Shown: positions 1-9,233 of the stretch, piece after piece | How positions within the stretch are numbered: position 1 is the first letter of the stretch | Layout of the letters: every line of letters begins with the position of its first letter | DNA from: an uncultured delta proteobacterium | GTDB taxonomy: Bacteria > Desulfobacterota > Desulfobacteria > Desulfobacterales > SG8-13 | Reading direction: 5' to 3' | Assembly: GCA_963848135.1 (NCBI GenBank) | Contig: CAWKCK010000018.1 | Location: forward strand, 138,938 to 202,937 | DNA: 64,000 bases | Translations under genes and position numbers: made by a program | Notes under the pieces: model-generated | Told to the model about the DNA's origin: nothing | The model's input: the letters and a program-made list of their open reading frames with translations, nothing else | Databases searched by the model: none

Positions 1-162
1 AATGACTTCATTGTTCACAACTGCAACGATTCTATCAACAACCTCTGCAGCAGCAGCCTTCGGTATTACACTACCTGAGAAATAAAAAAGTGCGAGCATC
101 AAAACCAACGGACCCTTAAGCCGGAATATATGTTTATGCAATTTCAATAGCCGTAGTAACAT
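1..162 (-). CDS. SurA-family peptidyl-prolyl isomerase/chaperone, N-terminal part (runs off the window)
   Basis: Manual translation from ATG at 162 gives MLLRLLKLHK...AAAEVVDRIVAVVNNEVI: a signal peptide plus the typical SurA N-terminal motif. It follows another SurA-like gene. Confidence 0.8.
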   Translation of the reverse strand, partial: MLLRLLKLHKHIFRLKGPLVLMLALFYFSGSVIPKAAAAEVVDRIVAVVNNEVI

Positions 163-278
163 TTTTATTTTGCGCTTAAACTAAAAACCAGAAGTGCCGA
201 ACAACCGCCGGTTGTCAATTCGAACCTTAGATGCAATCGTGATAAGGGAATCTTGAATTCGTTAACGTTAAAGCGTTT

Positions 279-977
279 TCAATCGTTCGCTGCGTTCAGT
301 AGTTTATCCCACTGTTCGTTGTTAATGTCGACATTGTAGGTTGTGCGTAGTTTTTCTATCCATGCCTTGTAAGCAAGTTCTATCTTTTTTCTGCGCAACT
401 GTTTGATAATGATTTCTTCGATATCTGTCGAATTCTGCATTTCGTTAAGCTGATTGGGATCATTATCATAAGTTTCCCTGTAAAAAGTGGCCACCTCATC
501 GGCGGTGATAACAATTTCATCCTTCAATTCCTGTTCGACGAGTTTCTCCATAAGCAGGCGGGTTTTCAAGCCATTTTCCCAGGATTTGTAGGAGACCGCG
601 TATTCCAGTAACGTTTCTTCGAAAACATCGTCCGGATAATCCGATTTAATCTTCGCAACGGCCTGTTCCACTTCCGCATCCGAAACACTGACGTTCAATT
701 CACTGGCACGTTGAAGCAGGATCATTTCTTCCGTCATCTGATTCAACAATCTTAATTGCGTATCTTTGATATCCGCCGATGTCTGCATACTGCTGAGCGG
801 ATAAGCGGCTTTGGATATTTCAAACGCCCTGCTAAAATCTGCAACGGTAACCACACGATCCCCTATCCGAATCAGATACTCATCTCCAGCACCGTTATTA
901 TGCCCTGAACAACCAGTGAGGTAGAGCAAAGAAACAACCATGACCAGGTTGAATGTATGTCTGATGAGATCTTTCAT
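279..977 (-). CDS. SurA N-terminal domain lipoprotein (PrsA/SurA-like foldase)
   Basis: Lipobox LTGC; LLNQMTEEMILLQRA...VSDAEVEQ and C-terminal WIEKLR..Y.V.IN motifs; downstream of mfd. Confidence 0.8.
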   Translation of the reverse strand: MKDLIRHTFNLVMVVSLLYLTGCSGHNNGAGDEYLIRIGDRVVTVADFSRAFEISKAAYPLSSMQTSADIKDTQLRLLNQMTEEMILLQRASELNVSVSDAEVEQAVAKIKSDYPDDVFEETLLEYAVSYKSWENGLKTRLLMEKLVEQELKDEIVITADEVATFYRETYDNDPNQLNEMQNSTDIEEIIIKQLRRKKIELAYKAWIEKLRTTYNVDINNEQWDKLLNAAND

Positions 978-1110
978 ATTTGTTGGCGAATAAATACGCG
1001 AAAATAGATCTGCCTACTCCAGGATTACAGGCAATCAGTTCCTGTCCGGGTCAGCCGAAGTTGGTTTATCATTCCGAAAACTTACTGATATAACTCTGAT
1101 TTATAAACCA

Positions 1111-4100
1111 TTAACTGTTAACATGACGCGCAATTTCTTTCAAGATGTTTTTGGTCTGACTCAGCAGGCCCGGCGCCTGCCCGACCTTTAACTGGGTTTT
1201 CAAAGCGTGATCAACAGTCAGGTGATATTTCTTGGGTTGTGCCATAACGAGATCGGCCAGACCCCGGGGGTTTTTCAGGTGGGCTTCTGAAAACGATATC
1301 GTTAGGTTGGCCCCCGTTAAATCGAGTCGTTTCGCACCGGCTCGGATAGCAAAAACTCTCAGCATGATTTTCAGCAACAAATTCACCGCTTCTTCGGGTA
1401 ATTTACCGTATCGGTCGGCCAGTTCTGATTTGATGTCCGTTATTTCCCCGACGTCTGTCAGGCGCGAAAGACGCCTGTAAGCAGACAAGCGTTGATCGAT
1501 GTCCGGAATGAAAGACTCCGGGATGAATGCCGACAACGGGATATTAATTTCCGGCTCCAGCGCTTCGATCACCGGCTCACCCTTGAATTCGGCAATTGTA
1601 TTTTCCATGAGTTCCAAGAACATTTCATAGCCGACTGCTGCTATGTGGCCGGATTGTGACGCACCGAGTATCGTACCGCCGCCGCGGATTTGCAAATCGC
1701 TCATGGCAATTTGGAAGCCTGAACCCAAATCACTGTGCTCCATTAACACCTTTAAGCGTTTCTGAGCGTCTTTTCCCAGCAATGATTCGTTGGGAATAAA
1801 AAGGTACGCATAAGCCTGCTCATCAGAACGGCCGACTCTTCCTCTCAATTGGTACATTTGAGCCAGACCGAACTTATCGGCCCGATTGACAAGAATGGTA
1901 TTCGCAGAAGGGATATCGAGGCCGGACTCCACAATTGTCGTGCACACCAGCATATCGGTTTCCCGTTGAAAAAAACGGAGCATGGTCCGTTCCAAGTCGT
2001 CTTCGCTCATCCGCCCGTGGGCAACGTCAATTCGAACTTCAGGAACCAGCGTTTTTATCTTCTTCGCTATTTTGGCGATACTGGAGATATTGTTATGGAT
2101 ATAAAAGATCTGGCCGTCTCTTTGCAGTTCCTTGCGGATGGCATCGGCCACTACACCATCGTCGAACTCCGAAATGTATGTCATGATCGCCTGACGATAC
2201 TCGGGTGGCGTAGAGATCACACTTATGTCGCGGGTGCCCGTCAACGACATGTGCAATGTTCGTGGTATGGGCGTCGCTGTCAGCGTCAGCACATCGACGT
2301 TACGTCGCAAATTTTTCAACTTCTCCTTGTGTTTGACCCCGAATCGTTGTTCCTCATCCAAAATCAGAAGCCCAAGGTCTTTAAATGCGACATCCTTGCT
2401 GAGTAGCCGGTGCGTGCCGATGACAATGTCTATTTTACCGGATTTTGTATCCCGCACTATGGCCCGCTGTTCCCCCAAAGAACGGAAACGGTTAAGGCAG
2501 GCAATGCGCACCGGAAACTGTGCGAACCGATCCGAGAAAGTCGCGTAGTGCTGTTCTGCCAGGACCGTTGTGGGGACAAGAACGGCGACCTGTTTACCAT
2601 TGTAGACGGATACAAAAGAGGCCCGTAGGGCCACTTCTGTCTTGCCGTAACCAACGTCGCCGCAAACCAGTCGATCCATTGGAACGGGTTGGGCCATATC
2701 GTTGAGTACATCTTCGATGGCCTTCAATTGGTCTGATGTCTCTTCGAAAGCGAATCCAGCCTCGAATTCACGCAATTCACCATCAAGCAGGTTAAAGGCG
2801 ACCCCTTTGGCCACTTTGCGATCAGCATATAATTTGAGAAGTGCACCGGCAATTTTTTCGGCCGATTTTTTCACCCGGGCCTTGATACGTGCCCATGACT
2901 TTCCCCCCATCTTATCCAGTATAGCGGCAACCCCGTCCACTCCCAGGTATTTTTGCACCATGTTCATACGGTCGACCGGCAGATAAAGTTTGTCGTCATC
3001 CCGATAGTTAATGACAAGGTAGTCGTTGGTGGTGCCATTCAGTTTCAATTTTACGAGTCCACCGTAACGCCCGATTCCATGCTCGGTGTGAACGATCAGA
3101 TCTCCCGCTTTAAGGTCCTCAACGGCTATCAATTCGGAGGGCTTCGTCCGTTGAACCTTGGCCCGCCGTCGATAGTGGGCGCCGAAAATCTCCTCTTCAG
3201 TGACGATGGCAATTTTCTCGTTCGGCCAGACAAAGCCGCCGGAAATACGGCCGGGAACAATATAAACCGCCCCAGACCCGGAACCTTGAGCAGGCAGTGT
3301 GTCTTTAAATTCCGGTTTAACCCCGTAAGGAACGAGCAGTGCCTGTAATCGCTCAGAACGGGATTTGGATCGGCAAACCAGCACGATCGTACAACCCGCC
3401 TGCTTTCGAGCCGCGATCCAGTCAACCAAAGGGGTAAAAAGGTATTCTTTAGATTCTGGATGTTTTAGAGCATTCTGCAGGTCAGAATTCTCCTGTAGAT
3501 CAAACCGACAGGCCGTCACCGGATCATTCTCCGTGGCACCACGACTCAGAACAACAAATGATCTGATTCGCAACGGGTTCCTTTGCTCCAGAAGGTCCCA
3601 GGCACTCTCCCAGTTGAGAAACATCTGTTCTGGCTCAACGCACAAACGCCCATTTTCGCGGGCCTCGACGTAGTTGGCCCCTACCCTCGCCAAGCTGTCG
3701 ACGGCCACCCGTTCTAAATCGCCGGGGTTCAACAATATAAAGAGGGACTGCGCTGGTGCATAGTCGAAGAGTGTGTCCAATTGGGGATAAATCAGAGGCA
3801 ACAGGCCCTCGGCGCCTGGATAACTCCCTTCACTTTTGACCTGGTCGACGATTTTCCGAACCCGCGAAACCGGTATTTCTAATTTGGCAGCCTGATGTCG
3901 AATACGCGCGATGACCTCGATACGTGCCTGTTTGTAAAAGACGGCCTCCCGAGCCGGCAAAATTATCGCTTCGGGCAGATCCTCGAGCGTCCGCTGTGTC
4001 GCCGCTGAAAATATCCTGATTGTATCCACCGTATCACCGAAAAATTCGAGCCGCAGCGGTTCGTTATAGCCCGGAGTAAATACGTCTAGCAGCATACCCC

Positions 4101-4626
4101 TGGCACAAAAATCACCCGGTTCTTCGACAATGGCCGTGCGAGTATACCCGCCGGCCACAAGCTTATCGATGAGTTCTTCCCGCTGGCAGGTTTCCCCAGC
4201 CATAATAAGGTCGGCGAATTCAACAAGATTTGCACGGGGTACAACCTTTTGCAGCAAAGCATCCGTAGTGGTGATAACGAGCTGAGGCGCATCCGATGAA
4301 GCCAACCGAAACAGCGTACCGATGCGTCGGGATGCCGTTTCGCTGTGGTAGGCCATGAATTTGTATGGCGAAAGATTGTAGGCGGGGAATTTTGATGTCA
4401 AGTTTACCGCATCGGGTAAAAAAAAACGCAGATCTTCTTCGAAAACTTCCGCAGCCTTCATCGAACTGGTGACTAAAAAAATTGGTCCCTTCACCTCTCT
4501 TAGCAGTCTCGACACCAGAAAGGCGGCGCCAGAATCAGTTAAGCCGGTGCAATCAATCCCGGCATCTCGATTGGAAACCCGTTCGATCAATTGCGGTATC
4601 GTCATTTTTGCTTGATTTTGATTCAT
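1111..4626 (-). CDS. mfd: Transcription-repair coupling factor
   Basis: 1171 aa; RID domain (VHTEHGIGRY), GDVGYGKT, DEEQRFGV, TATPIPRT, QLRGRVGRS, TRCF C-terminus. Confidence 0.98.
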   Translation of the reverse strand: MNQNQAKMTIPQLIERVSNRDAGIDCTGLTDSGAAFLVSRLLREVKGPIFLVTSSMKAAEVFEEDLRFFLPDAVNLTSKFPAYNLSPYKFMAYHSETASRRIGTLFRLASSDAPQLVITTTDALLQKVVPRANLVEFADLIMAGETCQREELIDKLVAGGYTRTAIVEEPGDFCARGMLLDVFTPGYNEPLRLEFFGDTVDTIRIFSAATQRTLEDLPEAIILPAREAVFYKQARIEVIARIRHQAAKLEIPVSRVRKIVDQVKSEGSYPGAEGLLPLIYPQLDTLFDYAPAQSLFILLNPGDLERVAVDSLARVGANYVEARENGRLCVEPEQMFLNWESAWDLLEQRNPLRIRSFVVLSRGATENDPVTACRFDLQENSDLQNALKHPESKEYLFTPLVDWIAARKQAGCTIVLVCRSKSRSERLQALLVPYGVKPEFKDTLPAQGSGSGAVYIVPGRISGGFVWPNEKIAIVTEEEIFGAHYRRRAKVQRTKPSELIAVEDLKAGDLIVHTEHGIGRYGGLVKLKLNGTTNDYLVINYRDDDKLYLPVDRMNMVQKYLGVDGVAAILDKMGGKSWARIKARVKKSAEKIAGALLKLYADRKVAKGVAFNLLDGELREFEAGFAFEETSDQLKAIEDVLNDMAQPVPMDRLVCGDVGYGKTEVALRASFVSVYNGKQVAVLVPTTVLAEQHYATFSDRFAQFPVRIACLNRFRSLGEQRAIVRDTKSGKIDIVIGTHRLLSKDVAFKDLGLLILDEEQRFGVKHKEKLKNLRRNVDVLTLTATPIPRTLHMSLTGTRDISVISTPPEYRQAIMTYISEFDDGVVADAIRKELQRDGQIFYIHNNISSIAKIAKKIKTLVPEVRIDVAHGRMSEDDLERTMLRFFQRETDMLVCTTIVESGLDIPSANTILVNRADKFGLAQMYQLRGRVGRSDEQAYAYLFIPNESLLGKDAQKRLKVLMEHSDLGSGFQIAMSDLQIRGGGTILGASQSGHIAAVGYEMFLELMENTIAEFKGEPVIEALEPEINIPLSAFIPESFIPDIDQRLSAYRRLSRLTDVGEITDIKSELADRYGKLPEEAVNLLLKIMLRVFAIRAGAKRLDLTGANLTISFSEAHLKNPRGLADLVMAQPKKYHLTVDHALKTQLKVGQAPGLLSQTKNILKEIARHVNS

Positions 4627-4730
4627 AAAAAACGTATCTAAAATTCTTACTTTCGGACCAAGATCAATTGTTGATACATCTGCACAACCTGATCGGAAGA
4701 TTAACTCACCGAAAGAAGCTCACGGTTAAA

Positions 4731-4806
4731 GCCACCTTAGCTCAGTTGGTAGAGCAACGCACTCGTAATGCGTAGGTCCGCGGTTCGAATCCGCGAGGTG
4801 GCTCCA
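4731..4806 (+). tRNA. tRNA-Thr (anticodon CGT)
   Basis: Cloverleaf GCCACCT...AGGTGGC-TCCA; anticodon arm ACGCA-CT-CGT-AA-TGCGT; GTTCGAATC T-loop; encoded CCA. Confidence 0.97.
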
Positions 4807-4895
4807 TTAAAAAAGAGGATCTACAAAGATTATGCCAAGAAGATACAGCCATAGAGAGGATTAAGGAAAGCATATCACGGTAAATCTTTAATTGG

Positions 4896-4930
4896 AAAGG
4901 GTTTTGTAGGGTTCTACAAAGCCTTTTTTT
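4896..4930 (+). terminator. Intrinsic terminator downstream of tRNA-Thr
   Basis: AAAGGGTTTTGTAG-ggtt-CTACAAAGCC followed by a T7 run. Confidence 0.65.
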
Positions 4931-4959
4931 ATTTTGGTCAACATTTTGGTCAACATTTT
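4931..4959. repeat. 12-bp tandem direct repeat (ATTTTGGTCAAC x2.4), possible integrase arm-type site
   Basis: attttggtcaac attttggtcaac atttt at the 3' end of the integrase remnant, next to the tRNA. Confidence 0.55.
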
Positions 4960-5604
4960 TCAATTGGTCATCCAACCAGGTTGTGTATAAGTCCATGGCT
5001 CTTTTCAAATTGGATTCATCCAGAGCCATGTAATAGGCATCCATCCCCTGAGTGGCATGACCTAACATTTTATTCCAAAAGCCTTACTTACTCCCTGCTC
5101 TTGTCATATTGATATTGACAGACCGTCTGATGTCATGAAACGTCACACCGTTTGGAGTCTTTCTGCCGCAAGGGATCTTAGCATTTTTGTAAGTGGTTGT
5201 GAAAAATCGTTTCAACCCTCCCCGGTTACTAATCGGGCGACCTTTATATGTAATAACGTGGTCATGGTTCAAGGTGCGTGGCAACTTGCTCAAAACCGTT
5301 TTAACTTTGTGGTTGATCGGGACAACCTTCGCCCTGCCTTCTTTCGTCACTGTCAGTGAGTCTGATGAATCCATCCTTGCGGTCAACCTGGGTACACTTG
5401 AGTTCCCGAATCTCACTTGGTGTTATGTCCTATTATAATGGATTTTCTGAGGTGCAAGGGGGATTCCTTGATTAACCCTTTATGCTCGGCAATGCTGACG
5501 GTCCTCGTTCTGGCGTTCGCTCCCCTTTTTAATTTTCGTTTTACAGTCCTGAAGGCCTTTACCACATCCCAGCCGATTTTCCCATCATCGAAATCCTTGG
5601 TCAC
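4931..5604 (-). pseudogene. Fragmented tyrosine recombinase (phage-type integrase)
   Basis: Three short consecutive ORFs carry successive parts: ARTRTVS, TKEGRAKVVPIN, the catalytic motif FHDIRRS, then LGH...DAYY. The N-terminus is missing and it points toward the tRNA. Confidence 0.85.
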
Positions 5605-5833
5605 CTTGGTTTTACAATGGAAATCTCTTTGTCAACCGTGGCCGGTGAGGTGATCCGGCTCTTCGGATGGACTTACCTAACTGCTCAAAATGCAGAATGT
5701 TGACCAATCAAACAAAAGGGCCCGTGGGTAGTTCACAGGCCCTTTTTATTCTTATTTTTGTGGAATTGCCGTTACATAACCCTCTCTATTTCCATGTTTA
5801 TCCTTAGTGAATTCCGTAAAACCCTTATTTCTA

Positions 5834-5878
5834 TGGTACGTCCGGCAGGATTCGAACCTGCGGCCTGCGGACTCGAAG
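5834..5878 (-). other. 3' half of a tRNA-Arg(TCG)-like gene; att-site relic
   Basis: Reverse complement is CT-TCG-AGTCCGCAGGCC-GCAGG-TTCGAAT-CCTGC-CGGACGT-ACCA: anticodon loop, T-arm and CCA. No D-arm or 5' half. Confidence 0.75.
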
Positions 5879-6191
5879 GGCAGAAATCTTGGAATTCAAA
5901 AATGGTTTAATTTCAACCAGTTGATACTATTTGACTTTTTCTACTAAAAACCCAACGACATCAATTATTGTCTATGGTGTCTTGGGATGAAAATTGGGTT
6001 CTCGTTTGAATATGGACAGTTAGGACGGTGGGGACGATGCTTACGGATAGATTCTAAATGATAATTATATGTTTCACCCAGGAAGCTGACGGATGCTACC
6101 CCGCTTTTTCAGATAACCTCTTATTCACCAAGCAACAGCAGGGGGACTCCAGGAGCTGCAGGTATCGTCGTGCTTATATCGAGACGGTGTA

Positions 6192-6752
6192 TCAGGGGAA
6201 TATCGTCGGTGGTATCGTAAATATCGTTGGTATCGTATCTATCGTCGGTATCGTTGAGAATATCGTCAATATCGTTGGTATCGTATCTATCGTCGGTATC
6301 GTCGAGAATATCGTCAATATCGTTGGTATCGTATCTATCGTCGGTATCGTCGAGAATATCGTCAATATCGTTGGTATCGTATCTATCGTCGGTATCGTCG
6401 AGAATATCGTCGGTATCGTCGGAATCGTCGTGCTTATCGTCAGAATCGTCGGTATCGTCGTGCTTATCGTCGGTATCGTCGGAATCGTCGTGCTTATCGT
6501 CGGTATCGTCGTGCTTATCGTCGGTATCGTCGTGCTTATCGTCGGTATCGTCGTGCTTGTCGTCGGTATCGTCGTGCTTGTCGCATCATCAAGTAGCAGT
6601 AACGGTATTCCGGGAGATGTATTTTGCGCCCAAACAGCAATCGCGGCAACGCTGCAGATGAGGACGGCCGTCAACACAAAAAAGGTACAGAATAATCCGG
6701 TTTTTTTCCTTGGTTTTGCCTTAAGAGAATTAGGTTTGTTTATTTTTGACAT
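6192..6752 (-). CDS. Secreted Thr/Ile/Pro/Ser-rich tandem-repeat protein
   Basis: Basic N-region, hydrophobic stretch and AVWA cleavage site; then PGIPLLLLDD and 130 aa of STTIPTI / TIPTIDTIPTILTIFS repeats; RBS AGGAGAAAAGGA before the ATG; own promoter. Confidence 0.75.
   Translation of the reverse strand: MSKINKPNSLKAKPRKKTGLFCTFFVLTAVLICSVAAIAVWAQNTSPGIPLLLLDDATSTTIPTTSTTIPTISTTIPTISTTIPTISTTIPTIPTISTTIPTILTISTTIPTIPTIFSTIPTIDTIPTILTIFSTIPTIDTIPTILTIFSTIPTIDTIPTILTIFSTIPTIDTIPTIFTIPPTIFP
6200..6582. repeat. Composite coding tandem repeat: ~4 x 48 bp and ~7 x 21 bp units built on a 9-bp core
   Basis: 48-mer aatatcgttggtatcgtatctatcgtcggtatcgtcgagaatatcgtc and 21-mer tcggtatcgtcgtgcttatcg are directly visible. 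Confidence 0.95.
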
Positions 6753-6830
6753 TTCCTTTTCTCCTGAATACGGGCTCTGATTTTCCGATTCAACCGCTTG
6801 AAATTATTAGATAGGGATAATTCTTGCGTT

Positions 6831-6860
6831 ATAATAAATTTAAACTTACTAAGATGTCAA
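6831..6860 (-). promoter_or_regulatory. Sigma70-type promoter for the repeat-protein gene
   Basis: TTGACA-18 nt-TATTAT on the minus strand, ~80 bp upstream of the ATG, in AT-rich context. Confidence 0.6.
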
Positions 6861-6885
6861 TAATTATTTCAATTATCTGTTAAAT

Positions 6886-7299
6886 CTATATTTTCTCAGG
6901 CCAATCAAACCTCTCTTTATCCGTCATATCATTTATATAGGGCCCCTGTTTTACTTCGATGATCTCAGCATCTTCTAGTATATCAACCCCATGTCCTCCT
7001 GAAGCCAAAAGAATGACATCACCGGATGCAAGGATACGGTCACAAAAAAATTTTCGGTCATCCGTAAAAAGCAGTATTTTAACTTTCCCTTTCCTTATTA
7101 TAAGAACTTCCTGCGTTCGGATGACTTCACGCTTCACGTCATTATGCGTGTGGGGTGATATATGATGGCCGGCCGGGTGCCTTAGAAAACCTAACTGCTG
7201 GGTGAACTCCGGGGGGGTGAAAAAGGTGACTCCGGGAATAGAATCTTCGGCATAGATGATCAGGGCGATTATCTTACCGTTGTGGCTTATCTTTTCCAT
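6886..7299 (-). CDS. Cupin-fold protein of nucleotide-sugar clusters (possible isomerase/epimerase)
   Basis: PHTH...TQEVLIIRKGK...GDVILLASGGHG...EVKQGPY cupin motifs; 3 bp from the aminotransferase gene. Confidence 0.7.
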   Translation of the reverse strand: MEKISHNGKIIALIIYAEDSIPGVTFFTPPEFTQQLGFLRHPAGHHISPHTHNDVKREVIRTQEVLIIRKGKVKILLFTDDRKFFCDRILASGDVILLASGGHGVDILEDAEIIEVKQGPYINDMTDKERFDWPEKI

Positions 7300-7302
7300 T
7301 TG

Positions 7303-8409
7303 TTAACCCGATTGAATTTCTGCGATACAATTTACAATATAGGTTATGTCTTCTTCGGTTAATTTCATTCCAGAGGGAAGGCTTAGGCCTCGCTCTCCCA
7401 AAAACTCTGAAACAGGACAACGTTCGTTTCTCAGTTCAGGATAAATTGGTTGCAAGTGGACAGGAACAAAAAAATTGCGGGCATCAATCCCACGTTTTGA
7501 CAGTTGCTGTAAAATTTCGTCTCTTGAAACGCCAAAAAGGTCATCTATCACCAGGGAGTAGTACCAGTATACGGATTCAGCGTCCAGCGGTTCAGCCTGG
7601 AGTCTTAAACCGGGAATCGGTTTTAGTTTATTGCTGTACAGCGCAGCATTGCGTCTCTTCCTCGTAATCGACTCCTCGATATGGTTCAATTGGGCAACAC
7701 CGATGGCCGCTTGAATATTGGTCATGCGGTAATTAAAACCAACTTCCCTATGAAGGTATCTTTTCTCTGGAAGAAAGGCCAGATTTTTCAACCTTCTTGC
7801 CTTGCGGGCAAGATATTTGTCATCCGTCAGCAGCATACCGCCTTCACCGGTTGTGACAATTTTGTTGGCATAAAAACTAAAGCAGCTGATGGTACCAAAA
7901 CTGCCTACCCGCCGTCCATTATAAACGGCTCCATGTGCCTCGGCGGCATCTTCAATTAAAAAAAGATTGTGCCGACGGCAGATATCTTCAATTTCCTCCA
8001 TATCGGCCGGACAACCAAAAGTATGCACGATAATGATCGCCCGCGTATTTGGAGTTAATTTTCTTCGTATATCATCCGGATCAATATTCCAGGTATCCGG
8101 CAATGCATCAGCCACCCTGATATCAGCTCCCTGGAGATGTACGGCATTGGCACAGGAGATAATGGATAATGACGGCAAGATAACTTCCTGGCCGGGTCCA
8201 ATGTCGAGAACCGCCATGGCCAAATGAAGCGCCGCCGTGCCACTTGTCACAGCGACCGCATACTTTCTTCCACAAAAATCAGCAAAACCTTGTTCAAATA
8301 TTTCAACGAACCTACCCCGCGATGAAATCCAATTTGTATCAAGACATTCTTTTACCAATGCCCATTCATCGCCATAGAGTTGCGGTTCACACATGGGGAT
8401 TTTTTTCAT
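7303..8409 (-). CDS. DegT/DnrJ/EryC1/StrS sugar aminotransferase (perosamine synthase-like)
   Basis: SGTAALHLA, IEDAAEAHG, SFYANKIVTTGEGG (PLP lysine), GFNYRMTNIQAAIG. Confidence 0.93.
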   Translation of the reverse strand: MKKIPMCEPQLYGDEWALVKECLDTNWISSRGRFVEIFEQGFADFCGRKYAVAVTSGTAALHLAMAVLDIGPGQEVILPSLSIISCANAVHLQGADIRVADALPDTWNIDPDDIRRKLTPNTRAIIIVHTFGCPADMEEIEDICRRHNLFLIEDAAEAHGAVYNGRRVGSFGTISCFSFYANKIVTTGEGGMLLTDDKYLARKARRLKNLAFLPEKRYLHREVGFNYRMTNIQAAIGVAQLNHIEESITRKRRNAALYSNKLKPIPGLRLQAEPLDAESVYWYYSLVIDDLFGVSRDEILQQLSKRGIDARNFFVPVHLQPIYPELRNERCPVSEFLGERGLSLPSGMKLTEEDITYIVNCIAEIQSG

Positions 8410-8413
8410 GAAA

Positions 8414-9112
8414 TTATTTTTCTTTAAATTTTTTTAGAATCATGGCGACATAACGAGACCCAAGGATAAATAAATCCAAGATATTCTCACAAGTTTTACT
8501 TTCCCCTCGCTGACGGTCGATAAAACTGTAAGGTATTTCCATAACTTTGAAACCACTACGCTCGGCGCTGAAAATCAAATCAATACAATATTCACCGTAG
8601 GCACCCTGCAGACGGTGATTTTTAATTAAACTTCGGCGGCAAAGAATGAAGCCGCTGGTTAAATCCGATGTTTTGGTGTTTAGCAGAAATTGACCAAAAG
8701 AATTTATGATCCTGCTAAAAACTCTTCTTGTAAAGGGTCGTTTGTCACGACCGCCCGGGATATACCGCGATCCGACCACCAGATGAGCAGACTGCAAGTG
8801 TTCAGACATTTTTTTAAATAATTCCGGGGGCATAGAAAGGTCACAGTCAAGCCAACCCACCGATTTCCCTCCCGCAGTATCAATACCGGCCTGGATAGCC
8901 GATGTGAGCCCTCTCTGATTTACTCTTCGATGGACCTTCATCCGCGGATATTTTATTCGAAGCGATTCGGCGGCCGCCCAGGTTCGGTCGGGTGAATCGT
9001 CATCAACAATGATGACCTCGACGTCCGGCATGGACGAAAAAATGCGCTTGATCAGCTTCTCAATGTTTTCGCGTTCATTGTAAGTTGGCAATATCAGAGA
9101 AATGTCGCACAT
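8414..9112 (-). CDS. Polyprenol-phosphate glycosyltransferase (GT2, DPM1/Ppm1-like)
   Basis: ILPTYNERENI, VDDDSPDRT, DCDLS, VGSRYIPGG, DLTSGF, R.RGESK. Confidence 0.9.
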   Translation of the reverse strand: MCDISLILPTYNERENIEKLIKRIFSSMPDVEVIIVDDDSPDRTWAAAESLRIKYPRMKVHRRVNQRGLTSAIQAGIDTAGGKSVGWLDCDLSMPPELFKKMSEHLQSAHLVVGSRYIPGGRDKRPFTRRVFSRIINSFGQFLLNTKTSDLTSGFILCRRSLIKNHRLQGAYGEYCIDLIFSAERSGFKVMEIPYSFIDRQRGESKTCENILDLFILGSRYVAMILKKFKEK

Positions 9113-9233
9113 AAGCGTCCTATATTACTTAAAGTTGAGCATCCTGAAAGCGTTAGGATGTTCGTCTAAGAAAAGCCCACCAAAAAATCGAGAACTATTG
9201 GGGTTCTGGCCTGCGGCTCAGCATTGTTGGGCT

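Noticed and set aside
4742..4930. C-terminal extension of the 4742-5068 ORF (MEPPRGFEPRTYALRVRCSTN)
   Set aside because: This is the antisense translation of tRNA-Thr and its terminator.
6200..6582. Possible CRISPR array or iterons
   Set aside because: The units are contiguous with no unique spacers, all lengths are multiples of 3, and no cas or rep genes are nearby. It is a coding repeat.
6192..6752. Repeat protein as a RiPP precursor for the B12 radical SAM
   Set aside because: It has a Sec-type signal, and there is no peptidase, transporter or RRE-like gene. The neighbours are sugar enzymes. Not excluded, but less parsimonious.
6058..6780. 240-aa + strand ORF with IVGIVS repeats (and the 6227-6661 Ser-rich frame)
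   Set aside because: Antisense shadows of the repeat. The minus-strand frame has the promoter, RBS and signal peptide.
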